A stretch of DNA of 64,000 nt. Origin: Lewinellaceae bacterium. GTDB lineage: Bacteria; Bacteroidota; Bacteroidia; Chitinophagales; Saprospiraceae. This document shows positions 40,066-47,908 of the stretch, in pieces (the stretch's first letter is position 1; the number at the start of each line of letters is the position of its first letter). Below the pieces are notes generated by a model. It was not told the origin of the DNA. It made no database searches and saw only the letters and a program-made list of their open reading frames with translations. The stretch lies in NCBI GenBank assembly GCA_020636135.1, contig JACJYK010000001.1, forward strand, positions 2,930,924 through 2,994,923. The letters run 5' to 3'. A program made the translations under genes and the position numbers.

Positions 40066-43000
40066 ATGAGAACATTGTTATATACCCTTTTCATCTGGGC
40101 TTCCCTGAGTTCTGCTGAGGCTCAATCCGTACCCGGACCCTTCCTCGATAGTCTGTGGAACTCCTCCAATCAACAAATTCTGGACAGGACGGCTTTCAGT
40201 TGGCAGTCCATCGGTGAAAATGCTGCAGCCGTACCGGACGCAGTCTATCGATATTATCAGCTGATGTACCGGGATCTCCCCTGCGACGGGATCATTGCAG
40301 CTGTATTATGGCGCAACAACCGTCCTTCATTTGGCCAGGTCACCAAGACCGTCGTGCCGGTCAATACTACGGGTGACGAGAAAACAAAACCGGCAGCACA
40401 GGTCTTGCAAAAATTCTTTCATCTTGATGCCTCCGCCATCGGAGAACTCGATGTCAGACAAAACGCACCAGCTTCATGGCAGGAATGGACGCTACCCCAG
40501 GTGGCCTTTTCGAATCTGGAAACACGGTATGCCTATCATTTGAATGCAGACCAGAATTGGGTATTGATGCTGATGATCCGGTACATTCCCGAGGACCGCA
40601 GCACCCTTTGGGAACTCGGACTTGATCCAACGTCAGCACAAATCCTTTATCGTAAAGACCTGGGATCGCATTGTATAGGCGAAGACTTCAATCCCAATAC
40701 GGTCCGCACCCAGGAAGTTCTTCCGGTTTTGGCATCAAGCCCGGATGCCGGTGAAGGTTCGTACCTGGTCCTACCCTATCCCGCCGAAAGCCCTCTCGTT
40801 GAAGGCCAGCAGCTGATCACCAATCCGGCAGATCCTGATGCATCACCGTTCGGGTGGCACGACACCAATGGCATTCCCGGCGCTGACAGCCTGACGACCA
40901 GTGGCAACAATGCCCGCGTATTCCTTGATCGCAATGCTGATTTCCAGCCCGACAGCAGTGAGACCACCGGTGGCAGTGACCTGCAATTCCAGTATGCTTT
41001 TCAGCTTGACAAGGAACCCGTTTCGTATCATAAGGCCGTCGACGTACAACTGTTTTATCAGCTTAATACCCTGCACGATGTCCTTTTCCATCATGGGTTT
41101 GGTGAGGATGCGAACTTTCAGGTCACCAATTATTCCGGCAAGGGTAAAGGAAACGACCCGTTGATCGGGCTAAGTCAGTTTGGCGCTGACCGTGGAAGAG
41201 AAAATAATGCCGATTTTGTGCCTTCCACCGATGGCAATACCTCTTATCTGCGTCCCTACCTCTGGGGTTTGCCCGACGATCAGCTGCTTACGGTAAACTC
41301 TCCGTCCAATATTACCGGCACGTATAAGACTGCTTCAGCTGCATTTGGTCCTGGGGTCTCGACGGCACCTATAACAGGTCAGGTGGTTTTCGTGAATGAC
41401 GGCAGCAACACGCCAACTTATAGTTGCAGCACATTGATCAACGGCAATGAAGTGAAAGGAAAGATTGCCATGATTGACCGGGGGAACTGCACATTCCAGG
41501 AGAAGGCCCTCTTTGCTGAAAATGCCGGTGCTATCGGCTGCATCGTCTGCAACTACGAAGACAAACCGGTAGAAATGGGCGTGGTCAACGGATTGGCTGA
41601 ACCGACAATACCAACCGTGTCACTCAGCGTCTCCGATTGTGCCAAGCTACGCAGTTATGCCGGTACTACCCTGAATGTTACCCTGCAATTGCCGTCTTTT
41701 ACCGGACCGAATTTTGTGGATGCCACGCTGGATAACGGCGTTATTGCCCATGAATACTTCCACGGAGTAAGCCAGCGACTGGTAGGAGGTCCGGCCACGA
41801 TAGGCTGCCTGAACAATCCCGACTACAATGGTGACGGAACTGAAGATGACGGAGAACAGATGGATGAAGGATGGAGTGACTTCTTTGCCCTGTTTATGAC
41901 TACATTGCCAGGAGACGTTGGTACCAGGCCCCGCCCGATTGCCAATTATCTTACCCGCAGCCAGGATCCGCTGGATGGGGTACGCGCCTATCCTTACAGT
42001 ACGGATCTGTCCGTCAGTCCCTACACCTACTTTACAGCATGGAATGCCACCGTACCACATGGTGTGGGAGCTGTCGGCAATGCCATCCTGTGGGACATTT
42101 ATTGGGCATTGACCGATCGTTACGGATACGACAGCAACCTGACTACCGGAAATGGCGGTAATAACCGGGCACTGAAATTATTGGTAGAGAGTCTTAAAAT
42201 TTTGCCATGCAGTCCCGGATTTACGGATATGCGGGCTGCCTTGATCGAGACTGACAAACTACTCAATAACGCAGAAAATGAATGTCTGATCTGGGATGCC
42301 TTTGCCCGACGGGGTGTCGGTTATTCTGCACGGCAAAACAACCCACTCATCGTGGCGGATGGTGTTACTGCCTTTGATCTTCCACCCAGCTGCTCAAACG
42401 CGGTGTTTCTGGCCAAACAAATGACGAAATTGATTCATGCCGGGGATACGGTGTGGACAGAGATCAAAGTTCGTAATGACCGGGGCCAAGCTTTAGAGGA
42501 GGGCACACTGACGGATGATCTGGCTGATGGACTTACTTTCCTTGCCCAGACAGCAACTGTGACCGCGAAACAATCGGGTCAAAACATTCGGTTCGAAGGC
42601 ATCACGCTCCCGGCCGGAGACAGTCTGATCATCCGTTATGCAGCATTATCTGACCCGGGCCGGGCCTCCCGGCAAAACTTTCTTGACGATCTGGAATCGG
42701 GTGACGGATTGTGGGATCTGGAAAATTTGTCCGGAACCGGTATCTGGTCATTGGACAAAACGATCGCGCATTCGGGCGAGCATGCCTGGTTTGTTCCCAA
42801 CACGGCCTCCATCAACGATCAGGTAATCAGCCTGATAGACCCCATAGCAGTCCACGGGTCATTTCCGGTGTTGCGTTTTTACCACCGTTGGGATACCCAG
42901 TGGGGCAGTGATGCAGGGGTCATAGAAATCAGTACTGACGGGATCCGCTGGAATCCGGTCGACCCGGACTTCATCCGGACAGGGTATAATGGTCCCGTGA

Positions 43001-43548
43001 AAGTCACGACCTTTTCTGCTCCGGACCGGTCAGGCTTTTATGGTAACCAGCCGGAATACATTGCTTCCTACCTCGATCTCAGACCATTTACCGGACAGGA
43101 TATTCGCATCCGGTTTCGTTTTGGAACCGATGATCAGGTGGCCAGGGAAGGATGGTGGGTGGATGATATTGAAGTGATGGATCTGATCCAGTATCAATCG
43201 ATGACATGTCTCCAGGTTTCCGGTAACGCCGATGTTTGCACAGAAGCTCAGGACGGAGGGACATTTGTTGAGTCCGTACCGGTAAGCACTTCCCGTACTT
43301 CGTTAGACCAGATCTCCGGATTAAAGGTATATCCCAATCCTTACCACCAATCCTTTCAGATACAGCTGCCGGAACAATCCGGAGACCTTCAACTGTGGTC
43401 ACTTACCGGACAGCTCATGAAACAATGGCACATGGAGGGTACGGAAAGAGCAACATTTTCAGCCGGCGATCTACCTGCGGCGTGTTATGTTTTGTTGTTC
43501 AGAGGTTCGACAGGATTGACCTACCGACAGAAACTGATCCGGTATTGA
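40066..43548 (+). CDS. Secreted M36 (fungalysin-type) zinc metallopeptidase with a PA-domain insert, additional beta-rich domains and a C-terminal T9SS type-A sorting domain
   Basis: 1160 aa with a signal peptide. HEYFHGVSQRLVGGPATIGCLN...EGWSDFFA closely matches the fungalysin HEYTHGLSNRLTGGP...EGWGDF active-site signature. A PA-domain block is present (IAMIDRGNCTFQEKALFAENAGAIGCIVCN). The C-terminal about 80 aa (LKVYPNPYHQSFQIQLP...YVLLFRG...KLIRY) has Por_Secre_tail character. Confidence 0.75.
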   Translation: MRTLLYTLFIWASLSSAEAQSVPGPFLDSLWNSSNQQILDRTAFSWQSIGENAAAVPDAVYRYYQLMYRDLPCDGIIAAVLWRNNRPSFGQVTKTVVPVNTTGDEKTKPAAQVLQKFFHLDASAIGELDVRQNAPASWQEWTLPQVAFSNLETRYAYHLNADQNWVLMLMIRYIPEDRSTLWELGLDPTSAQILYRKDLGSHCIGEDFNPNTVRTQEVLPVLASSPDAGEGSYLVLPYPAESPLVEGQQLITNPADPDASPFGWHDTNGIPGADSLTTSGNNARVFLDRNADFQPDSSETTGGSDLQFQYAFQLDKEPVSYHKAVDVQLFYQLNTLHDVLFHHGFGEDANFQVTNYSGKGKGNDPLIGLSQFGADRGRENNADFVPSTDGNTSYLRPYLWGLPDDQLLTVNSPSNITGTYKTASAAFGPGVSTAPITGQVVFVNDGSNTPTYSCSTLINGNEVKGKIAMIDRGNCTFQEKALFAENAGAIGCIVCNYEDKPVEMGVVNGLAEPTIPTVSLSVSDCAKLRSYAGTTLNVTLQLPSFTGPNFVDATLDNGVIAHEYFHGVSQRLVGGPATIGCLNNPDYNGDGTEDDGEQMDEGWSDFFALFMTTLPGDVGTRPRPIANYLTRSQDPLDGVRAYPYSTDLSVSPYTYFTAWNATVPHGVGAVGNAILWDIYWALTDRYGYDSNLTTGNGGNNRALKLLVESLKILPCSPGFTDMRAALIETDKLLNNAENECLIWDAFARRGVGYSARQNNPLIVADGVTAFDLPPSCSNAVFLAKQMTKLIHAGDTVWTEIKVRNDRGQALEEGTLTDDLADGLTFLAQTATVTAKQSGQNIRFEGITLPAGDSLIIRYAALSDPGRASRQNFLDDLESGDGLWDLENLSGTGIWSLDKTIAHSGEHAWFVPNTASINDQVISLIDPIAVHGSFPVLRFYHRWDTQWGSDAGVIEISTDGIRWNPVDPDFIRTGYNGPVKVTTFSAPDRSGFYGNQPEYIASYLDLRPFTGQDIRIRFRFGTDDQVAREGWWVDDIEVMDLIQYQSMTCLQVSGNADVCTEAQDGGTFVESVPVSTSRTSLDQISGLKVYPNPYHQSFQIQLPEQSGDLQLWSLTGQLMKQWHMEGTERATFSAGDLPAACYVLLFRGSTGLTYRQKLIRY

Positions 43549-43554
43549 TCAGAG

Positions 43555-44226
43555 CTAGTATTTGTCGTTATCGCGCAGGATGCGGGCTGGATTGCCAACC
43601 ACGATCTTACCGGGAGGCACGTCCTTTAGGACAACTGATCCCGCGCCGACGATGCTACGTGGTCCAATGGTCACCCTATCGGAAATGGTGGCTCCCACTC
43701 CAATCAGACACTCACTCCCTATGCTGCAACCTGATGCAATGGTAACACCCGGGTTGATGTTAGTATAAGATTCAATGACGGTATGATGCCCAACGGTAGC
43801 TCCCCGCTTTACCCAAACGAAATCATGTAAGCGGGCGAACGAAGATATCACCGACAGCGGTTCTATGACTGTACCATATCCTATGTGAGCGCTTAGTGCG
43901 GTGACCGCTGATGGATGGACCAGGCGCAGGAAGCGTTCTGGAGCCATTGGCATTATCGATTGGAAATGCATAAGGATTTTCCTGATGGTTTTGCCGGTCA
44001 TAGCTCCAATCAGCAGCATGCGTGCCGGTTCATCCTTCCACTGGCTGAGTGGAATTTCCTCAAAGCGATCGCGAGGCATTGCAAAAGGAACATTGGCCAT
44101 TGGATTGTCTTCAGATTCCAGATTAGCTATGATGCGGATATCCGGTAACTGCCCGTACAGGTCTTTCAGTAGATCAAACTGCACGGCCAGGGCAAAATGA
44201 TCACGCCCAAGAATGTCAATTTGCAT
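43555..44226 (-). CDS. NeuD/PglD-family sugar N-/O-acetyltransferase (left-handed beta-helix)
   Basis: ORF 43555-44280. The start MQIDILGRD at 44226 avoids overlapping the upstream gene. An N-terminal Rossmann-like subdomain is followed by a C-terminal hexapeptide LbH (IGYGTVIEP...IGSECLIGVGATISDRVTIGPRSIVGAGSVV). Confidence 0.6.
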   Translation of the reverse strand: MQIDILGRDHFALAVQFDLLKDLYGQLPDIRIIANLESEDNPMANVPFAMPRDRFEEIPLSQWKDEPARMLLIGAMTGKTIRKILMHFQSIMPMAPERFLRLVHPSAVTALSAHIGYGTVIEPLSVISSFARLHDFVWVKRGATVGHHTVIESYTNINPGVTIASGCSIGSECLIGVGATISDRVTIGPRSIVGAGSVVLKDVPPGKIVVGNPARILRDNDKY

Positions 44227-45094
44227 GTTCGTGGCGAATAGATTTAACGCGATGTGTGTTGTAAAACCCTGCTTCTCCAAACGTAACGGAAGTCATCACC
44301 GGTCGCTCGGCCATCGCGGCCAATTGGTGGACCCTGCGTAACAGGTCCAGATTGGAAGCCAATTGTTTGCGCCGGACATCAAAATAAAGATTGTCCTCCA
44401 GGCCCACGCGGATCCCGGCTCCGGAAGCAATTGCCATCAAATGTACCGGGAGTTGACTGTCGCCGATCCCGGCGAAAGCATACCAGGCGCCCGCCGGCAA
44501 TTCTTCCACCACTGCTGCCAAATGGCTGAACCGTGGCTGCATGGAAGCGATGTTTCCAAAAAGCAAATTGAAGTACAAGGGTTGTTTCAACCATCCTTTC
44601 CGGATCAGGTAATGGGCATAATTCATCATGCCGAGGTCAAAAACTTCCAGCTCCGGTTGCGCTCCGTGCGCATAAATGGCGTGAAGCAGTTCCTGCACCA
44701 TCTCCGGTGCATTGACACTGGCCTGGCGAGAAAAATTAAGCGAACTCAGGGTGAGGGATGCCAGATCCGGATACAACTGCAAAGGCTCGGACCGCTTCTT
44801 GAATTCATTGAAGTTCCGACCGCTCAGTGAAACCCCACAGACCAGGTCGGGACAATGACGACGAACACCTTCCAGGATGGGACCATAAACTTCAAGCCGA
44901 AAATCAGGTTCAAAAGTCTGTGGGTGGCGTGCATGCAGATGAACCAGGGTGATCCCGACCTCATAAGCCTGGTGAACATCTTCGATTATCTCCTGCACTG
45001 AAAGAGGAACATGTGGATTGTCCGATTTCATCGGTACCATTCCAGTGGGTGTATAGTTGATAATTAATTCTTCCATGGTATTCTCCTCATTCAC
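44216..45094 (-). CDS. BKACE / DUF849 family beta-keto-acid cleavage enzyme (3-keto-5-aminohexanoate cleavage enzyme-like TIM barrel)
   Basis: 292 aa. N-terminal IINYTPTGMVPMK...VQEIIEDVHQAYEVGITLVHLHAR, typical of DUF849/Kce. Its stop lies 10 nt upstream of the acetyltransferase start. Confidence 0.6.
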   Translation of the reverse strand: MNEENTMEELIINYTPTGMVPMKSDNPHVPLSVQEIIEDVHQAYEVGITLVHLHARHPQTFEPDFRLEVYGPILEGVRRHCPDLVCGVSLSGRNFNEFKKRSEPLQLYPDLASLTLSSLNFSRQASVNAPEMVQELLHAIYAHGAQPELEVFDLGMMNYAHYLIRKGWLKQPLYFNLLFGNIASMQPRFSHLAAVVEELPAGAWYAFAGIGDSQLPVHLMAIASGAGIRVGLEDNLYFDVRRKQLASNLDLLRRVHQLAAMAERPVMTSVTFGEAGFYNTHRVKSIRHEHAN

Positions 45095-45233
45095 AACCTA
45101 CAGCATTACAATACAATGTTGTCCTGCCGGAAGAACAAAAATAATCATTTCAACCTGCAATAATAAAAGGAGAAACGTACCCTGCTTCATAAGGGGAAGT
45201 CCCTGCCGGATGATGTATGTTAAACGGCCTAAA

Positions 45234-46739
45234 CTATTCTTCTTCGTCGCGGTCTACGAAGTCGTCAATTGCGTCTTCAATACGCTCGCCCACCACTTTG
45301 GCTACCGCTTTAACTGTATCACCCAGATCTTCCAGGGATTCTGTAATCGAGTCTGCAATCGATTCAAAGAAGGATTCCTTAGGAGCTTCTTCCCTGGAAG
45401 TCGTTTCCGGAGCGCCTCCGGATGAACCCGACTCATCCGTGGTTACCGTTGATGTTTCAGCCTCATTCTTGGGTTGATCACCACTTTCGGCTGATGGCGT
45501 TTTTACCGGCTGCTCTGCAGCTGGTTCCTCCCTGATGTCATCCTCGTGGATCAAAGCTACCGCGTGCTCCAGTTTATCACCAAGTTCTTCCTCCCTTGCC
45601 TGGGCAGCTTCCTTGATCTCTTTGGCGATCTTATCCTTGATATCCTGCTTGGCTTTTTCTATTTTTTCTTTTTCAGCCTGATCAGCTAACCGTTCATTTT
45701 CTTTAGCCATACGTTGTTCCAGCACTCCACGGGTCTGATGCATTTCCTGTAACTTCTCCCCTTTGGAGCGGATGCGTTCCTCAATCATCTGGATCTTGGC
45801 CTGCCGGATCTGGGCTTCCAATTGGCCCTGCGTTTCGGCAATACGCTGGTTTTCAAAATTCAGATCCTTTTTATCACGCTCAATGCTACGGTCCATCTTC
45901 TGGATAGCCTGCAACAATCCCTCATAGCGCCGCTGCAAACGCTCAAAAGCATTTTTGCCTTTGACTCCGGCCCCGCTGCCGCCATAACGCTTCTCTTTCA
46001 CCGTTTTGAACAACGTATCGAGTTTGCCCCACACGCGGGAGCGATCACCCTGTGACAAAGGAGAATCCTTAAACCGGCTTTGTATTTTTTTCAGTTCATC
46101 AAAAATGGGCTGTAAACTAAGTCCATCATCCACTTTTTGTTTGATCTCATTCAACTCCTCCTCGAAGCGAGTGGCAAATTCCTTTGATTTTCTTTCAAAG
46201 GCATCGTCCATCGCCCGGCGTTTTTTCTTCAGATCATCAAAGAGTTTATTGGTGGTATCCCGTAAATCCTGAACGTGTTCTTTAAAGAGGTTACGCTCTT
46301 TGACCTGATCCTGTACTTTGTTCCAGAATGACTTAAGATCTTCCCAGAGCGGGTGATCAAATTCAGAGATGCTTTTGACCCGTTCCTTGAAATCATCGAG
46401 TTCCTGGTCAAAAGAATGTTTTAATCGCTGTGATAAGACAATGAATTGCCATTCGGTTTGCGCTCTCTGAACCACATCCTCACGCTCTGCAGTAATTCCT
46501 GCAGGCAATAAAGGATCACTCAAAGACAAGTCATTCGTGTACTCGTGAAATCCTTCCGGAAATGCGACTTCTTTGTCATTTCGCCAATCTTTCATCATCG
46601 CATTGGTGAACTCCTCCGTAGCCACCTCAAGCGGAAAGGTGTACACTTTTACTTTTACATCGTCAACCAACAATTCCACAGCAATCAGGATCTTCTCCTG
46701 TTTTTCGTCATTACCCCAAAGTACAATTTTCGTTCTCAT
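45234..46739 (-). CDS. Hypothetical highly charged coiled-coil protein with an acidic C-terminal tail (possibly DUF349-like)
   Basis: 501 aa, no signal peptide. Long stretches rich in E/K/R/Q with heptad character. Repeated W/F-containing blocks (LWEDLKSFWNKVQDQVKERNLFKE; RVWGKLDTLFKTVKEKR). The C-terminus is Ser/Thr/Glu/Asp-rich (...DDFVDRDEEE). Confidence 0.4.
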   Translation of the reverse strand: MRTKIVLWGNDEKQEKILIAVELLVDDVKVKVYTFPLEVATEEFTNAMMKDWRNDKEVAFPEGFHEYTNDLSLSDPLLPAGITAEREDVVQRAQTEWQFIVLSQRLKHSFDQELDDFKERVKSISEFDHPLWEDLKSFWNKVQDQVKERNLFKEHVQDLRDTTNKLFDDLKKKRRAMDDAFERKSKEFATRFEEELNEIKQKVDDGLSLQPIFDELKKIQSRFKDSPLSQGDRSRVWGKLDTLFKTVKEKRYGGSGAGVKGKNAFERLQRRYEGLLQAIQKMDRSIERDKKDLNFENQRIAETQGQLEAQIRQAKIQMIEERIRSKGEKLQEMHQTRGVLEQRMAKENERLADQAEKEKIEKAKQDIKDKIAKEIKEAAQAREEELGDKLEHAVALIHEDDIREEPAAEQPVKTPSAESGDQPKNEAETSTVTTDESGSSGGAPETTSREEAPKESFFESIADSITESLEDLGDTVKAVAKVVGERIEDAIDDFVDRDEEE

Positions 46740-46820
46740 GATACGGTCATATTAAATACGGTACGGGCATATCCTTTAAGATATGCAATACTTACAAAAC
46801 GACGCAAGGACTCAATAAGT

Positions 46821-47834
46821 TTACTTCAAAACTTTGCCGGACTGCAAAATTTCCTGGTTGAGCAGGCATTCGGCTATCTGTACGGCATTGGTGGCAGCTC
46901 CTTTGCGTAAGTTATCGGCTACAATAAAGAGATTAAACGTGTTGGGATTGGAGGCATCTTCACGGATCCGGCCTACAAAAACTTCATCCCGGTGGTGAGC
47001 CAGTAGTGGCATGGGATATTCATTCCGGCCAGGATCATCGAGGAGTACTATCCCGGGTGCATCCTGCAGCAGGCGGCGGATCGCAGTTACCGAAGCCGGT
47101 TTTTTCAACTCCACATTCACAGTCTCCGAATGTCCTCCGAAGACCGGCACACGAACTGCCGTGGCGGTAATCCGGATGTCCGGATCGCCAAGGATCTTCC
47201 GCGTTTCATTGACAAGCTTCATTTCTTCCTTGGTGTAATCATTCTCCAGGAAGACATCACAATGGGGCAAACAGTTTTGAAAGATCGGGTGGGGATAAGC
47301 TGGTGCCATGGGGTCCGTACCGGATAACTCCTCTTCGTATTGTTTCACGGCTTTAGCTCCGGTACCGGTGATCGATTGGTACGTGGAAATGACAAGCCGC
47401 TCAATGCCAAATGCATCGAATAATGGTTTCAAGGCAACCACCATCTGAATGGTCGAACAATTTGGATTGGCAATGATGTGTTCTTTACCGGTCAGTACTT
47501 CCTGATTGCATTCCGGCACGATCAGTGGAATGTCAGGATCCATCCGCCAGGCACTGGAATTATCGATGACATAGGTACCGACCGCGGCAAATTTAGGTGC
47601 CCATTCACGGGATACCGAGGCACCGGCAGAGAATAGCGCCACATCCGGTCTGGCTGCGACAGCTTCTTCCTTGGTCAGCAGTTGGTATTCCTTTCCACGA
47701 AACCCGATCGACTGGCCTGCGGAGCGATCACTTGCCACCGGCAAAAAAGAAGTTACCGGGAACTCCCGTTCTTCCAGCACTTCTCGCATCACCCGTCCGA
47801 CCAATCCGGTTGCACCGACTAAAGCAACTTTCAT
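46821..47834 (-). CDS. asd: Aspartate-semialdehyde dehydrogenase
   Basis: ORF 46821-47924. The start MKVALVGATGLVGR at 47834 carries the NAD(P) fold. The catalytic Cys context is present (ANPNCSTIQMV). Confidence 0.85.
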   Translation of the reverse strand: MKVALVGATGLVGRVMREVLEEREFPVTSFLPVASDRSAGQSIGFRGKEYQLLTKEEAVAARPDVALFSAGASVSREWAPKFAAVGTYVIDNSSAWRMDPDIPLIVPECNQEVLTGKEHIIANPNCSTIQMVVALKPLFDAFGIERLVISTYQSITGTGAKAVKQYEEELSGTDPMAPAYPHPIFQNCLPHCDVFLENDYTKEEMKLVNETRKILGDPDIRITATAVRVPVFGGHSETVNVELKKPASVTAIRRLLQDAPGIVLLDDPGRNEYPMPLLAHHRDEVFVGRIREDASNPNTFNLFIVADNLRKGAATNAVQIAECLLNQEILQSGKVLK

Positions 47835-47908
47835 AACATTTGAACTTAAATCTAAGTTAGGGAGGAACAAAGATACATCCCTCGGCAATATCTTGCTATT
47901 TTTAGCAT

